Assembly (NCBI GenBank): GCA_040386535.1
Contig: JAZKFH010000023.1
Coordinates: forward strand, 1-64,000
Source: Myxococcota bacterium
Lineage (GTDB): Bacteria > Myxococcota_A > UBA796 > SXON01
Length of the DNA: 64,000 nucleotides
Reading direction: 5' to 3'
Part shown: one piece after another, positions 55,090 through 64,000 of the stretch
Layout: every line of letters starts with the position of its first letter
How positions within the stretch are numbered: position 1 is the stretch's first letter
The notes under the pieces: generated by a model
What the model was told of the DNA's origin: nothing
The model's input: only the letters and a program-made list of their open reading frames with translations
The model's database searches: none
Position numbers and translations under genes: made by a program

Positions 55090-56124
55090 TCAGGCCGCGC
55101 TCCAGACCTCCATCGCGAAGGCATCGAGCCCGAGCGCGTCGAGCGCGGCGACCCCCGCCCCCACCGAGCCGTGCACCGGCGCCTCCGACGGCGGCAGATC
55201 CCGCACGGGGAACAGGCCCACCACCGAGCCGTCGCCCCCCGCGCCCGAGAACTTGGCCCCGAGGGCCCCCGCCGCACGGAGCGCGCGCACGGCGCGCACG
55301 AGCCCGGGGGCGCGGAGCGTGTCGAAGGTCGGCATCAGCTCCTCCTCGTAGATCTCCTGGCACGTGTCCATCGCGCCGCCGAGCGCGGCGAGGTCTCCGT
55401 CGAGGAGCGCCCGCCGCGCGAACGAGGCCTGGGCGCCGAACCCCTCGATCGCGCCCCGAACGGCACCCACCCGGCGCACGGCGTCGGGATCGCGGAGCGG
55501 CACCTCGCCCCGGAAGTGGCGCCCCAGCGTGGCGAGGATGCCCGCCGTGTCCCGTGGCGCGCGGAACGACCCGACCGCCAGCGCGAGCCGCGCCGGGAGC
55601 GGCTCCGCGAGCATCTCGTCGCCGAGGAAGCGCAGGTGCAGCGGCAGGCCCCACGCGCACGCGGCGGGATCCAGCCGGCCGCACGGCACACCGACGCGGT
55701 GGCGCTCGGCGGCGTAGGCGGCCTCGATCTCCTCCTCGCGGGAGAGGGTGCGCCCCGCGAGCTGGGCGAACGCGCGCACCAACGCGACGGAGAGCGCCGC
55801 GGACGACGAGAAGCCGCGCCCGGCGGGGAGGTCGCCGCCGATGTGGAGGTGCGCGGCCGTCACGATGCCAAAACGTTCGGACATCTCCGCGGACACGGCG
55901 GGCACGAAGTGGAGGAGGCCCGGCTCCTCGCCCTCGGTCCACGCGAGGGAGCGCCCCTCCAGCACCGCGGTGGCGGACATCGTGGCGGCCGGCTCGGCCT
56001 GCACGGTCACGGCGCGGTCCATCGGTACCACCACCGCGGCGCCGCCCGCCCAGTCGTTGTGTTCGCCGATCAGGCAGACGCGACCGGGCACACGCACGGC
56101 GACCCGGCCGTCCTCGAGCCTCAA
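55090..56124 (-). CDS. GHMP kinase, galactokinase-like
   Basis: Motifs PGRVCLIGEHNDW, PAGRGFSSSAA and SGAGGDG. TTGA overlap with the HAD stop. Confidence 0.85.
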   Translation of the reverse strand: MRLEDGRVAVRVPGRVCLIGEHNDWAGGAAVVVPMDRAVTVQAEPAATMSATAVLEGRSLAWTEGEEPGLLHFVPAVSAEMSERFGIVTAAHLHIGGDLPAGRGFSSSAALSVALVRAFAQLAGRTLSREEEIEAAYAAERHRVGVPCGRLDPAACAWGLPLHLRFLGDEMLAEPLPARLALAVGSFRAPRDTAGILATLGRHFRGEVPLRDPDAVRRVGAVRGAIEGFGAQASFARRALLDGDLAALGGAMDTCQEIYEEELMPTFDTLRAPGLVRAVRALRAAGALGAKFSGAGGDGSVVGLFPVRDLPPSEAPVHGSVGAGVAALDALGLDAFAMEVWSAA

Positions 56125-56771
56125 CGGAACACCGCGCGGCGCAGCACCGCGATGCGGTCGGGCAGCCCGCGCCAGCCCTCGTCGTCGTCGTAGAGCATCC
56201 CCACCAGCCCCGCCCGGTTGGCGCCCGCCACGTCCTTCTCCGGATCGTCCCCGATGTGGATGGCCTGGCGCGGCGACACGCCGGCGGTGCGGCACGCGAT
56301 CTTGAAGATCCACGGGTCGGGCTTCTCCACCCCGAGCTCCGCCGAGCAGATGAGCACGGTGAACATGCGCTCGAGCGCGAAGCGCTGGTACAACGTGCGC
56401 AGCCGACGGTCCCAGTTCGAGATGATGCCGAGGCGCACGCCCTGCCGGGCGATCTTGCCGAGCACCTCGAGCGCTTCGGTGTCGATCCACCACGCCTTCG
56501 GGTGGCCGTACCAGTCGTAGAGATCCTCGAACAGGCGGTTGTCGTCGACCCCCACCGAGTCCGCCACGATGCGCGCCCAGAAGTCCCGCCCGTCGCCGCG
56601 CTGGCGCAGCCGGCCCGCGCCCTTCATCGCGATGCGGAAGCGGTGCTCCACCTGCACGGGGTCGGCCACGTGGCCGCGCGCGCGGGCAAAGCGGGTGTAC
56701 GTCATGCCGATGGGTTCGCGCGGGCGCAAGAGGGTGCCCGCGGCGTCGACGAACAGGGCTTTTACGTCCAC
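56121..56771 (-). CDS. HAD-IA hydrolase (REG-2/HDHD3-like)
   Basis: Motifs DAAGTL, ISNWD, EKPDP and HIGDDPEKD. Confidence 0.9.
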   Translation of the reverse strand: MDVKALFVDAAGTLLRPREPIGMTYTRFARARGHVADPVQVEHRFRIAMKGAGRLRQRGDGRDFWARIVADSVGVDDNRLFEDLYDWYGHPKAWWIDTEALEVLGKIARQGVRLGIISNWDRRLRTLYQRFALERMFTVLICSAELGVEKPDPWIFKIACRTAGVSPRQAIHIGDDPEKDVAGANRAGLVGMLYDDDEGWRGLPDRIAVLRRAVFR

Positions 56772-57306
56772 GGGCGCTCCAGCGCCGACTCCCTACCGCG
56801 TCGTTGCCGCAGCCGCCGCATCGAGGCCCGCGTGCCGAGGCCCACCCCCGCTCCGAGCGCGCCCCCGACGATCCAGCCCACGACGACGTCGCTCGGCCAA
56901 TGTTGGCCGGTCACCACGCGCGAGGCCCCGGCCAGCAGCGCGACGCCGACCAGCACGGGCGAGCCGGTCGCCGCCGCGAGCGCTGCGGTGTTCGCGGCGT
57001 GTGCCGAGGGCATCGCCTCGCCAGCCCCACACGCGCGCACCGTCGCTACGTCCGAGCGCTCCCGGCACGGGCGCTCGCGCCCGATCGCCGGCTTGAGGAC
57101 CCGCGCGCACAACGGATCCGCCAGCGCCACGGCGAGCCCACCCCCCACGATCCAGCCCCAGCGCCGTCTCCAGAGGGCCCAGCCCACCACGGCGAGCGCC
57201 AGGATCCCCGCCGCCATGTCCGAGCCGAGCCACGCCCAGAGCGGGCCGGTCGGTCCGGCGAGCAGCCCGTTGGCGGCGCGTAGCAGCGCCAGGTCGAGGG
57301 GTGGCG
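56762..57306 (-). CDS. PAP2-family phosphatase (start codon unclear)
   Basis: Motifs KPAIGRERP, PSAH and SRVVTGQHWPSD. Confidence 0.8.
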
Positions 57307-58116
57307 CTACGGGGTCTCCTGCTGGACCGAGTGCTCGCGCGCGTCGACCACGCGGCTGAAGCGGTCGTAGATCGTGGCACGATCGAGCTTGTTGTTCCAG
57401 ATCGGCGTCGCGCTGCCCAGGTAGATCGCGATCTGATCGTTGGGGTCGGCCTGCGTGGCCCCGCGGCCGGCGTGCACCTTGACGGTGTTGCCGGGCGGCA
57501 GGAGCACCTTGGGCCACTCCCACGAGTTGCCGGAGATGTCGGCGATGCGGAAGCCGGACAAATCGAGGGTCTCGGCGCTGATGTTGCAGATGCGGAGGTA
57601 CTCGCCGTTCACGTTCTCGCGATCGTCCCCGTCCGCGTTGGCGTGGAACGACGTGATGTGCAGGACGCCCTGGAACTCGGGGGTGCTCCAGAGGCCGCGG
57701 CGCGCCTTGCGGGCGCGCTCCTGGGCGGCGATGAAGCCGGTCAGGTCGGTCTCGTCGGGGGGGATGACGAACAGGTGGCCCAGGCCGAGCTCCAGGATGT
57801 GCTCGGTGAGGCTCTTGCCCTCGATCTCGACGCCCGCGATGAGGCGCCCGTAGCCGTCCCGCACGGTGTCGCCGTACTGCAGCAGGGCGGTCTTGCCGGA
57901 CACGAACGCCTTCGTCGCCTCGCGCGCCTCGATCGCGTAGGCCTCGGGCGGCTTGAGCTCGGGCGTGTTCACCCACTTGAGCCGCACCTTGTCGCCCGTG
58001 GAGAGGGTGAACGTGTCGCCGTCGTACACGCTCGCGACCGACGCGGAGGGCGGCGGCGTGGCCGTGGAGGGAGGGGCGGCGGCGAGGAGCGTCGCGACGA
58101 GGATGAGCCAGCGCAT
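57307..58116 (-). CDS. Secreted thermonuclease (SNase) with a C-terminal lamin-tail domain
   Basis: SNase motifs YDGDT, VNTPE and DGYGR. LTD motifs NGEYLRICN..DLSG and IWNN..D. Confidence 0.9.
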   Translation of the reverse strand: MRWLILVATLLAAAPPSTATPPPSASVASVYDGDTFTLSTGDKVRLKWVNTPELKPPEAYAIEAREATKAFVSGKTALLQYGDTVRDGYGRLIAGVEIEGKSLTEHILELGLGHLFVIPPDETDLTGFIAAQERARKARRGLWSTPEFQGVLHITSFHANADGDDRENVNGEYLRICNISAETLDLSGFRIADISGNSWEWPKVLLPPGNTVKVHAGRGATQADPNDQIAIYLGSATPIWNNKLDRATIYDRFSRVVDAREHSVQQETP

Positions 58117-58128
58117 CGGGCCTCTCTA

Positions 58129-60156
58129 CTACGGGGGGGCGGGGAGGACAGGGAACTTGGCATCCACGCGGTCGAGCTGCCACAACAGATACGGGTCGCC
58201 GGGTGACAATCGTGCGGCGGTCGACGCGTGGCGGCGGGCGTCCTCGCCTCGGCCCGCGGCGATCGCCACGGTGGTCGCGGTGTCATGGTACGCCGAGTTC
58301 CACTCGCGCCCGGTGAGCGCGAGATCGATCCGCGCCCGCGCTTCGTCGAGGCGCTCGCCGCCGAGTGCCCAGTACCACGCGTCACAGTTGGCGCGATCGG
58401 GGCCCTCGGGGAAGGGCTCGCAGTCGCGGACGTAGCCCTTCTGCAAGGCGGCGCGGCCCTCCTCGACACGCCCCACGGTGAGGTAGGCGGCGCCGACGAA
58501 GTCCCAGGGCTCGTCCCCCGGATGCAGGCGGGCCAGCGCGCCCTCGATGTCGGACACGAGCGTGGAGACATCCTCCGGCGCGGCGAGCGTGGCCTGCATC
58601 CAGATGGGGACCCCGTTGAGCGGGTACACGCCGATGAGCTCGCGGGTGGCGACCATGGCGCCGTAGCGGTCGCCCTCGGCCATCGCCACGCGGGCCTTTC
58701 GGAGCAGGTGCGCGCTGCCGCCGGGCGAGATGGCGGCGGCCTCGCCGATGGCGGCACCGGCCTGGCTGGCCTTGCCGGCGGCCAGCAGCGCGTCCGAGAG
58801 CGCCACGAGCAGATCGTCACGCCCTTCCGCGTCCGGCGCCGCGTCGGTGAGCGCGTCCGTCGCCTCGGTGACCGCGCGCGCCGTGTGTCCGGCGACCAGC
58901 AGGCTGTCGATGTAGGCGACCCACTCGCCCTCCTCGGCGAGCGCGAGCGGATCGAGCGCCTCCAGCGTCGCGTTCGACGCGTCCCACTCGGCCCCGTTGC
59001 GCTGGATCCACGACAGGAGCACGCCGAGCTCGGCGTCGTCCGGGAGCGACTTGCGCGCTTCGAGCACGGTGGCGAGCGCGCCGGCGGCGTCGCCCTTGGC
59101 GTACTGCAGGCGCCCGCGGATGGCGGCGCGCGCGGGGTCCTCGCCGTGGCTCGCCCGCTCGAGCTTCAGGTACTCCCCGTACGCGTCGAACACACGGGGG
59201 ACACGACGCGACGGGCGCAGGAGGAAGCGCTGGCCGGGAAAATCGAGCACCGCCGTGAAGGCGCCCATGGGCCGGTAGCCGAGCAGGCCCGGCATGTCGG
59301 GGCGGTTGTTGGGGGGCGTGTCCGCGTTGTACCAGCGCGCGGGGCCCGCGTGCTTGATCGTGCGCCCGCCGATGCGGACGCGGTTCAGCGGCACGCGTCG
59401 GGTCACCTGGAGGAAGCTCGCCAGGGGCAGCTCGTCGAGGTCCGCGCCGATGCCCAGCACGGGCTCCACCCCCTCGGTGCTCGAACCGCGGAACGGCTCC
59501 CCGGTGCCGCCGCTGAACAACACGTCGTTCGCGCCGGTGTCGACCTCGAGGATCACCGTGGCCTGCGTCCCGTCCGTCGCGCGCACCACGACCGGGGTGT
59601 AGGCGTGCTGGCCGTCGACCACGAGCGGCGCGGCCTTGCCGGGCACGGTGAGGGCGCCGGGCGCGTACAGGTCGAGCGTGTCGGCGGGGTAGTCGATCAC
59701 GCACGTGAAGTTGGTCCACACGTTGTTGCCGAGGATGCCCGCGATCGGCAGCGCGCCCGCGAACTCGGGCACGCCCGGCACGTCGACGGCCACGTCCACC
59801 GCGTTGAGCTGGAACGCGCCGAGCCCGATGCGGGGCAACACCGCGCGTTTCCACGCCACGGAGCCCGAGAGGCCCTCGATCCGCCCGTCCACCGGCACGA
59901 TCGGCAGCCCGAGGCGCTCGACCACATCGCGGTGGATGACGGAGATCGACGCGCCCGTGTCGAGCAGGAACAGGGCGTCGCTGCCGTCGGGCAGCTTCGC
60001 GAGCACGTAGATCTTGTCGGCGCCCGGGGAGGAGCGCCAGAGATCCAGCGTGGTGCTGCGCACGCCGCCGAGCACCAGTTCGGCGCGGGGCGGGGGATAG
60101 GTCGGCGCCGCCACCGCGGTCGGGGCGAGCGCGAGCTGGGCGAGGAGCAGGAGCAT
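58129..60156 (-). CDS. Secreted aspartyl protease (two retropepsin-like domains) with a TPR-like C-terminus
   Basis: Signal peptide. Two catalytic motif sets: LLDTGAS...GILG and VDTGAN...GLLG. Confidence 0.85.
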   Translation of the reverse strand: MLLLLAQLALAPTAVAAPTYPPPRAELVLGGVRSTTLDLWRSSPGADKIYVLAKLPDGSDALFLLDTGASISVIHRDVVERLGLPIVPVDGRIEGLSGSVAWKRAVLPRIGLGAFQLNAVDVAVDVPGVPEFAGALPIAGILGNNVWTNFTCVIDYPADTLDLYAPGALTVPGKAAPLVVDGQHAYTPVVVRATDGTQATVILEVDTGANDVLFSGGTGEPFRGSSTEGVEPVLGIGADLDELPLASFLQVTRRVPLNRVRIGGRTIKHAGPARWYNADTPPNNRPDMPGLLGYRPMGAFTAVLDFPGQRFLLRPSRRVPRVFDAYGEYLKLERASHGEDPARAAIRGRLQYAKGDAAGALATVLEARKSLPDDAELGVLLSWIQRNGAEWDASNATLEALDPLALAEEGEWVAYIDSLLVAGHTARAVTEATDALTDAAPDAEGRDDLLVALSDALLAAGKASQAGAAIGEAAAISPGGSAHLLRKARVAMAEGDRYGAMVATRELIGVYPLNGVPIWMQATLAAPEDVSTLVSDIEGALARLHPGDEPWDFVGAAYLTVGRVEEGRAALQKGYVRDCEPFPEGPDRANCDAWYWALGGERLDEARARIDLALTGREWNSAYHDTATTVAIAAGRGEDARRHASTAARLSPGDPYLLWQLDRVDAKFPVLPAPP

Positions 60157-60197
60157 CCCGAGCCCTATCCTCCGCTCGGGAGGAGGGCCGCTGGCCC

Positions 60198-60641
60198 CTA
60201 TCCCTTGGCGATCTCGCGCTTGAGGTTCGCCAGGACCTTGTTGAACCCGTCTTCCAGGCGCTTGCGCATCAGCGTCGAGTCGATGATGCCGCCGAGGGGC
60301 CCGCCGGTGTCGTAGTCGGCGTGCAGCGTCACCAGCGTGTTGAGCGCCGGCTTCATCGTGCGGAGGGAGTAGTGGATCTTCCCCTCGAGGCGGCGGCCGC
60401 TGGTCTTGACGTGTACGCGCCGGCCGCCGTGCTCGTTGTCGACGTGGTCGAACGAGTAGCCGAGCGTGCGGGGGAGGGGGCTGGTCTTCAGCGTGAGGTC
60501 GAACTCCCCCGGCGCCTTGACCTTCATGGCGTCGAACGCGCCGTCCAGCATGCGGACGTGGTTCTCGCGGTTGCCGAGCCACTCGAGCACGTCGTCCCGG
60601 CGGATGCCCTCGATGAGGATGTCGGTGGTGATGACGGCCAT
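60198..60641 (-). CDS. SRPBCC-like protein
   Basis: 147 aa with beta strands and a C-terminal helix LANLKREI. Confidence 0.7.
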   Translation of the reverse strand: MAVITTDILIEGIRRDDVLEWLGNRENHVRMLDGAFDAMKVKAPGEFDLTLKTSPLPRTLGYSFDHVDNEHGGRRVHVKTSGRRLEGKIHYSLRTMKPALNTLVTLHADYDTGGPLGGIIDSTLMRKRLEDGFNKVLANLKREIAKG

Positions 60642-60702
60642 GGCGCTGCTCCGAATCGGAAGGGCCCCCGTGTTATCACGGGCGCCCCTCCGGGTGTAGC
60701 GC

Positions 60703-61485
60703 GTGATCCCGTACTTCGATCTGCCGGTCTACCACCTCGGCCCCATCCCCATCGATCCGTGGGGCACGCTCGTGTGCCTCGGCTTCATCCTCGGGCTCGA
60801 GATGGCGCGCGCGCGCGGCATCAAGACCGGGCTCGACGTGCGCGACGTCGTCGACGGGATCGTCGCCACCGTGCTCACCGGCTTCATCGTCGGGCACCTC
60901 GTGCACGTGCTCGCCTACAACCCGCAGCAGCTCCAGGAGCAAGGCGTCATGGCCCTCCTGCGGGTGTGGGCGGGCTTCTCGAGCTTCGGCGGCTTCGTCG
61001 GCGCGCTCCTCGGCGCGACCGTGTTCTACAAGCTGGTCCGCAAGCGCGACTTCTGGGCGCATGCGGACGCGATCATGTTCGGCTTCCCGTTCGGCTGGTT
61101 CTTCGGCCGGCTCGGCTGCTTCAGCGTGCACGACCACATCGGCCGCCCGACGGATTTTATCCTCGGCGTCCAGTTCCCCGGCGGCACCCGCTTCGATCTC
61201 GGCCTGCTCGAAGCGCTCGTCGCCGCGGTCATCGGCGCCACCTTCCTCGTGCTCGCGCGCAAGCCGCGGGTGCACGGCACCTTCCTCGCCACCTGGGGCC
61301 TGATCTACGCGCCGGCACGCTTCGGCCTCGACTTCCTCCGCAACACCGATCTGCGCGGCGCGGACGTGCGCTGGGCCGGCTTCACCCCCGCGCAGTGGGG
61401 CTGCATGCTGATGTTCGTCGGCTCGTTGGCGCTGCTCGCGTACCTGCGTCGCAAGGGGAGCGTGCAGGTGCAGGTCGCGGCGTAG
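60703..61485 (+). CDS. lgt: Prolipoprotein diacylglyceryl transferase
   Basis: Motifs GFSSFGG, FGRLGCF and RFGLDFLR. Confidence 0.85.
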   Translation: MIPYFDLPVYHLGPIPIDPWGTLVCLGFILGLEMARARGIKTGLDVRDVVDGIVATVLTGFIVGHLVHVLAYNPQQLQEQGVMALLRVWAGFSSFGGFVGALLGATVFYKLVRKRDFWAHADAIMFGFPFGWFFGRLGCFSVHDHIGRPTDFILGVQFPGGTRFDLGLLEALVAAVIGATFLVLARKPRVHGTFLATWGLIYAPARFGLDFLRNTDLRGADVRWAGFTPAQWGCMLMFVGSLALLAYLRRKGSVQVQVAA

Positions 61486-61769
61486 GCGCTACCGGATGTT
61501 GTCGGCGAGTGTAGCGGCGTTCGGGGCCCGCGCCGCGCGAGGCGCGCGTCGCCGCGTGTCTTCCGGGCTCGCTGCGCTCGGTCGGCGCGGAGCCGCCGAC
61601 GCGCCGAGGCGGCGCCCCTCCAGCCCCGCTGGGCCAGCGGATCGTTCGCAAATCGCGGGACCCGATCGTCGAATCCCCTTGCGGTGAGGCACCGCGCGCG
61701 AGGGGTGCCGTAAGCTCTTCGGTTGACGCGACGTTCAGCCGACGCGCATCATCCGCCCGCGAGGCCTGC

Positions 61770-64000
61770 GTGGAAGTCTTCTTCGGTCTGCTGTGCTCGG
61801 TCCTCGCGCTGTTCGCGTCGTTGCTGCCGATCGCGGCGCTGGTGACCAGCGTGCGGTTGCGCCAGACGGTGGAGAGGCTCGAGCGCCGCGTGGGCGAGCT
61901 CGAGGCGCTCTCGGTGCGCCCGGATGTTGCGCCCGTGCGGGCCGTGCCGACCGCGCCCCGGATCGAGGTCCCTCGGATCGTCGTCCCTCCGGTCGAGACG
62001 CCGATCGAGCGTCCCCTCGAGGCGCCGCCGGTCTTCGTCGAGGCGCCCCCGATCACGCCCGTCACGTCGGCTCCCATCGAGCCCCCGATCGCGCCCCCGA
62101 TCGCGCCGCCGCCCGTCTCCCCCCCGCCGGCCACGCCCCGCCCGCCGCCCCGTCGCCTCGGCGCGGACGCGCTCGGCGTGTGGGCCCTGGCGATCCCGGG
62201 CGGCCTCGCCCTCCTCCTCGCCGCCATCTTCGCGCTCCGCGAGGCGATCGCGGCCGGGTTCGTCGGGCCCGGCGCGCGCTTCGCGCTCGGCGCCGGCGTC
62301 GGCATGATCGCGGTGCTCTCCAGCGAGTTCGCGCGCGCCCGTCGCTACGACGTGCCCGCGGCCGCGCTCGGCGGCGGTGGCGCCGGCATCTTCTACGCCG
62401 TGATCTACGCGGGGCACGCCCGCTACGCGCTCTTCGGGCAGGAGGTCGCATTCGGCCTGATGGTGGCGACCACGGCGGTCACGCTGCTCGTCGCCGAGCG
62501 TCGCAACAGTCGCTTCATGGCGTCGCTGGCGCTGGTGGGCGGGTACCTCACGCCGATCCTGCTCTCGACCGGCGAGAACAAGGCCGTCGCGTTCTTCGGC
62601 TACCTCACGCTGCTCGACGCGGGGCTGATCGTGGCGGCGTCGCGGCGCCGGTGGACCACGCTGCTCGGCGTCTCCGGGCTCGTCACCGCCGTGCTCTACC
62701 TCGGCTGGATGACGCAGTACCGCGCCCCCGATCAGGTGGTCGTCGGCCTCGTGGCGCCCGCCGTGTTCGGCCTCCTCTACCTCGGGGTCGCCGCCCGCCG
62801 CGCCACGCCGCTCGCCGAGGCCGTCGTGTCCGCCGCGGCGTCGGGCATCCTCTTCTTGTGCGGTGTCGCCTTCGTCGTGCCGGCGGACGCGCTGCGCACC
62901 GACCCCGTCAGCGGGCTCGCCCTCTCGGGCGGCCTGGCCGACGCGGCGTGGATGGCGCTCGCCTACGTGCTCGTCGCACCCACGATCGTGCTGCTCGCGG
63001 CGCGCCGCCGCGTCGCCCCGTGGATGGACGCGATCGGCGTCACCCTCGGCGCGATCCTGCTCGTGGCGTTCTCCTTCGGCTACGCGCTGCCGGACCCGCC
63101 GCGCTGGGGCCCCGTGGCCGCCGCGCTGGTCGGGGTGCCGCTCCTCGCGGCCTTCACGGGCACGGCGTTCTGGGTGGTCCCGATCGTGTCCGCGGGCCTC
63201 GCCCTCGCCGCCATCGCGCTCCCCGGCGAAGCGCCGCCGATGGACGTGCTCGCTGTGGTCTCGGCCTCGCTCGCGGTCCTCGGCGCCACGATGGGCCTCG
63301 TGCGCGGCCCGCGGCCCGCGCTGGTCCCCGCGCTCGTCGCGGCCGCCTTCCCGCTCCTCACGCCGCTCGCCACCGGCTACGCGCCAGACGACGCGGGGAT
63401 GTGGTTCCTCGGCGCCGCCATCGTGTACGTCAGCTTCTCCTTCGCCCCGTTCTGGCGCCCCCGTGCCGGCGACCTCTACGGGGCGCTCGCGGCCGCGCTC
63501 GCCGGGCCGATGTTGTTCTTCGTGTTCCACCGCCTGTGGGTGGACACGCTCGGGGAGAGCGCGATCGGCGCCCTCCCCGTGCTGCTCGGCATGGTGACGC
63601 TGCTCGCCGCGGTCACGCTCGTGCGCGCGGTGAAGGTGCGCGCGGACGACCGCGAGCTGGCGATCCTCGTCACCGTCGTGCTGCTCTTCGTCTCCGCGGC
63701 CGTGCCGCTGCAGCTCTCCGAGGCGTGGCTCACCGTGGGCTGGGCGGTCGAGGTCGCGCTGCTCGGCGCGCTGTCGAAGCGGCTCACGCACCCGGTGATC
63801 CGCGTGTTCGGCGGGGCGCTCGCGATGGCGGTGGCCGTGCGGCTCCTCCTGAACCCCGACGCGCTCGACTACGGCGGCGGGGAGGGGATGATCCTCCTGA
63901 ACTGGACGCTCTACACCTGGGGGATCCCCGCGGTGTGCCTCCTCGTCGCGGCGAAGCTGTTCGATCAGCCCGTGTGGTTCCGCACGGGGCTCCGCGTCAT
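61770..64000 (+). CDS. DUF2339-like large membrane protein (runs off the window end; absent from the ORF track)
   Basis: GTG after GAGG. MEVFFGLL..LERRVGELE, then a Pro-rich linker and many TM helices including LVGGYLTPILLSTG. Confidence 0.8.
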   Translation, partial: MEVFFGLLCSVLALFASLLPIAALVTSVRLRQTVERLERRVGELEALSVRPDVAPVRAVPTAPRIEVPRIVVPPVETPIERPLEAPPVFVEAPPITPVTSAPIEPPIAPPIAPPPVSPPPATPRPPPRRLGADALGVWALAIPGGLALLLAAIFALREAIAAGFVGPGARFALGAGVGMIAVLSSEFARARRYDVPAAALGGGGAGIFYAVIYAGHARYALFGQEVAFGLMVATTAVTLLVAERRNSRFMASLALVGGYLTPILLSTGENKAVAFFGYLTLLDAGLIVAASRRRWTTLLGVSGLVTAVLYLGWMTQYRAPDQVVVGLVAPAVFGLLYLGVAARRATPLAEAVVSAAASGILFLCGVAFVVPADALRTDPVSGLALSGGLADAAWMALAYVLVAPTIVLLAARRRVAPWMDAIGVTLGAILLVAFSFGYALPDPPRWGPVAAALVGVPLLAAFTGTAFWVVPIVSAGLALAAIALPGEAPPMDVLAVVSASLAVLGATMGLVRGPRPALVPALVAAAFPLLTPLATGYAPDDAGMWFLGAAIVYVSFSFAPFWRPRAGDLYGALAAALAGPMLFFVFHRLWVDTLGESAIGALPVLLGMVTLLAAVTLVRAVKVRADDRELAILVTVVLLFVSAAVPLQLSEAWLTVGWAVEVALLGALSKRLTHPVIRVFGGALAMAVAVRLLLNPDALDYGGGEGMILLNWTLYTWGIPAVCLLVAAKLFDQPVWFRTGLRV

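Overview
A very GC-rich bacterial chromosomal segment holding about 59 genes. I found no rRNA, tRNA, CRISPR array, integrase or transposase. It is probably from Myxococcota; this is inferred from a Myxococcus-type LexA box, a Ser/Thr kinase-FGE fusion and Asp-Thr-repeat lipoproteins. Recognisable genes include rbgA, a GH15 glycosidase coupled to a glucose-dehydrogenase-like SDR, a hybrid histidine kinase with its response regulator, a NitT/TauT ABC transporter, pirin/LysR, gcvT-gcvH, a radical SAM/UdgX SOS pair, a UvrD-like helicase, pepF and lgt. The best candidate for an undescribed system is 16106-23646. It has a five-gene operon (two paralogous alkaline-phosphatase-superfamily enzymes, a small ribbon-helix-helix-like protein, a 3-TM protein resembling the Oxa1/EMC3/DUF106 insertase family, and a PAPS-type sulfotransferase) facing a divergent lipoprotein and a COG0523 GTPase. 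The two enzymes are predicted on opposite faces of the inner membrane. Each face also has a small partner protein ending in the same LKxLGY tail, which suggests a trans-membrane, possibly tyrosine-carried, sulfuryl or phosphoryl relay (hypothesis only). All family calls come from motif recognition by eye, not from database searches.
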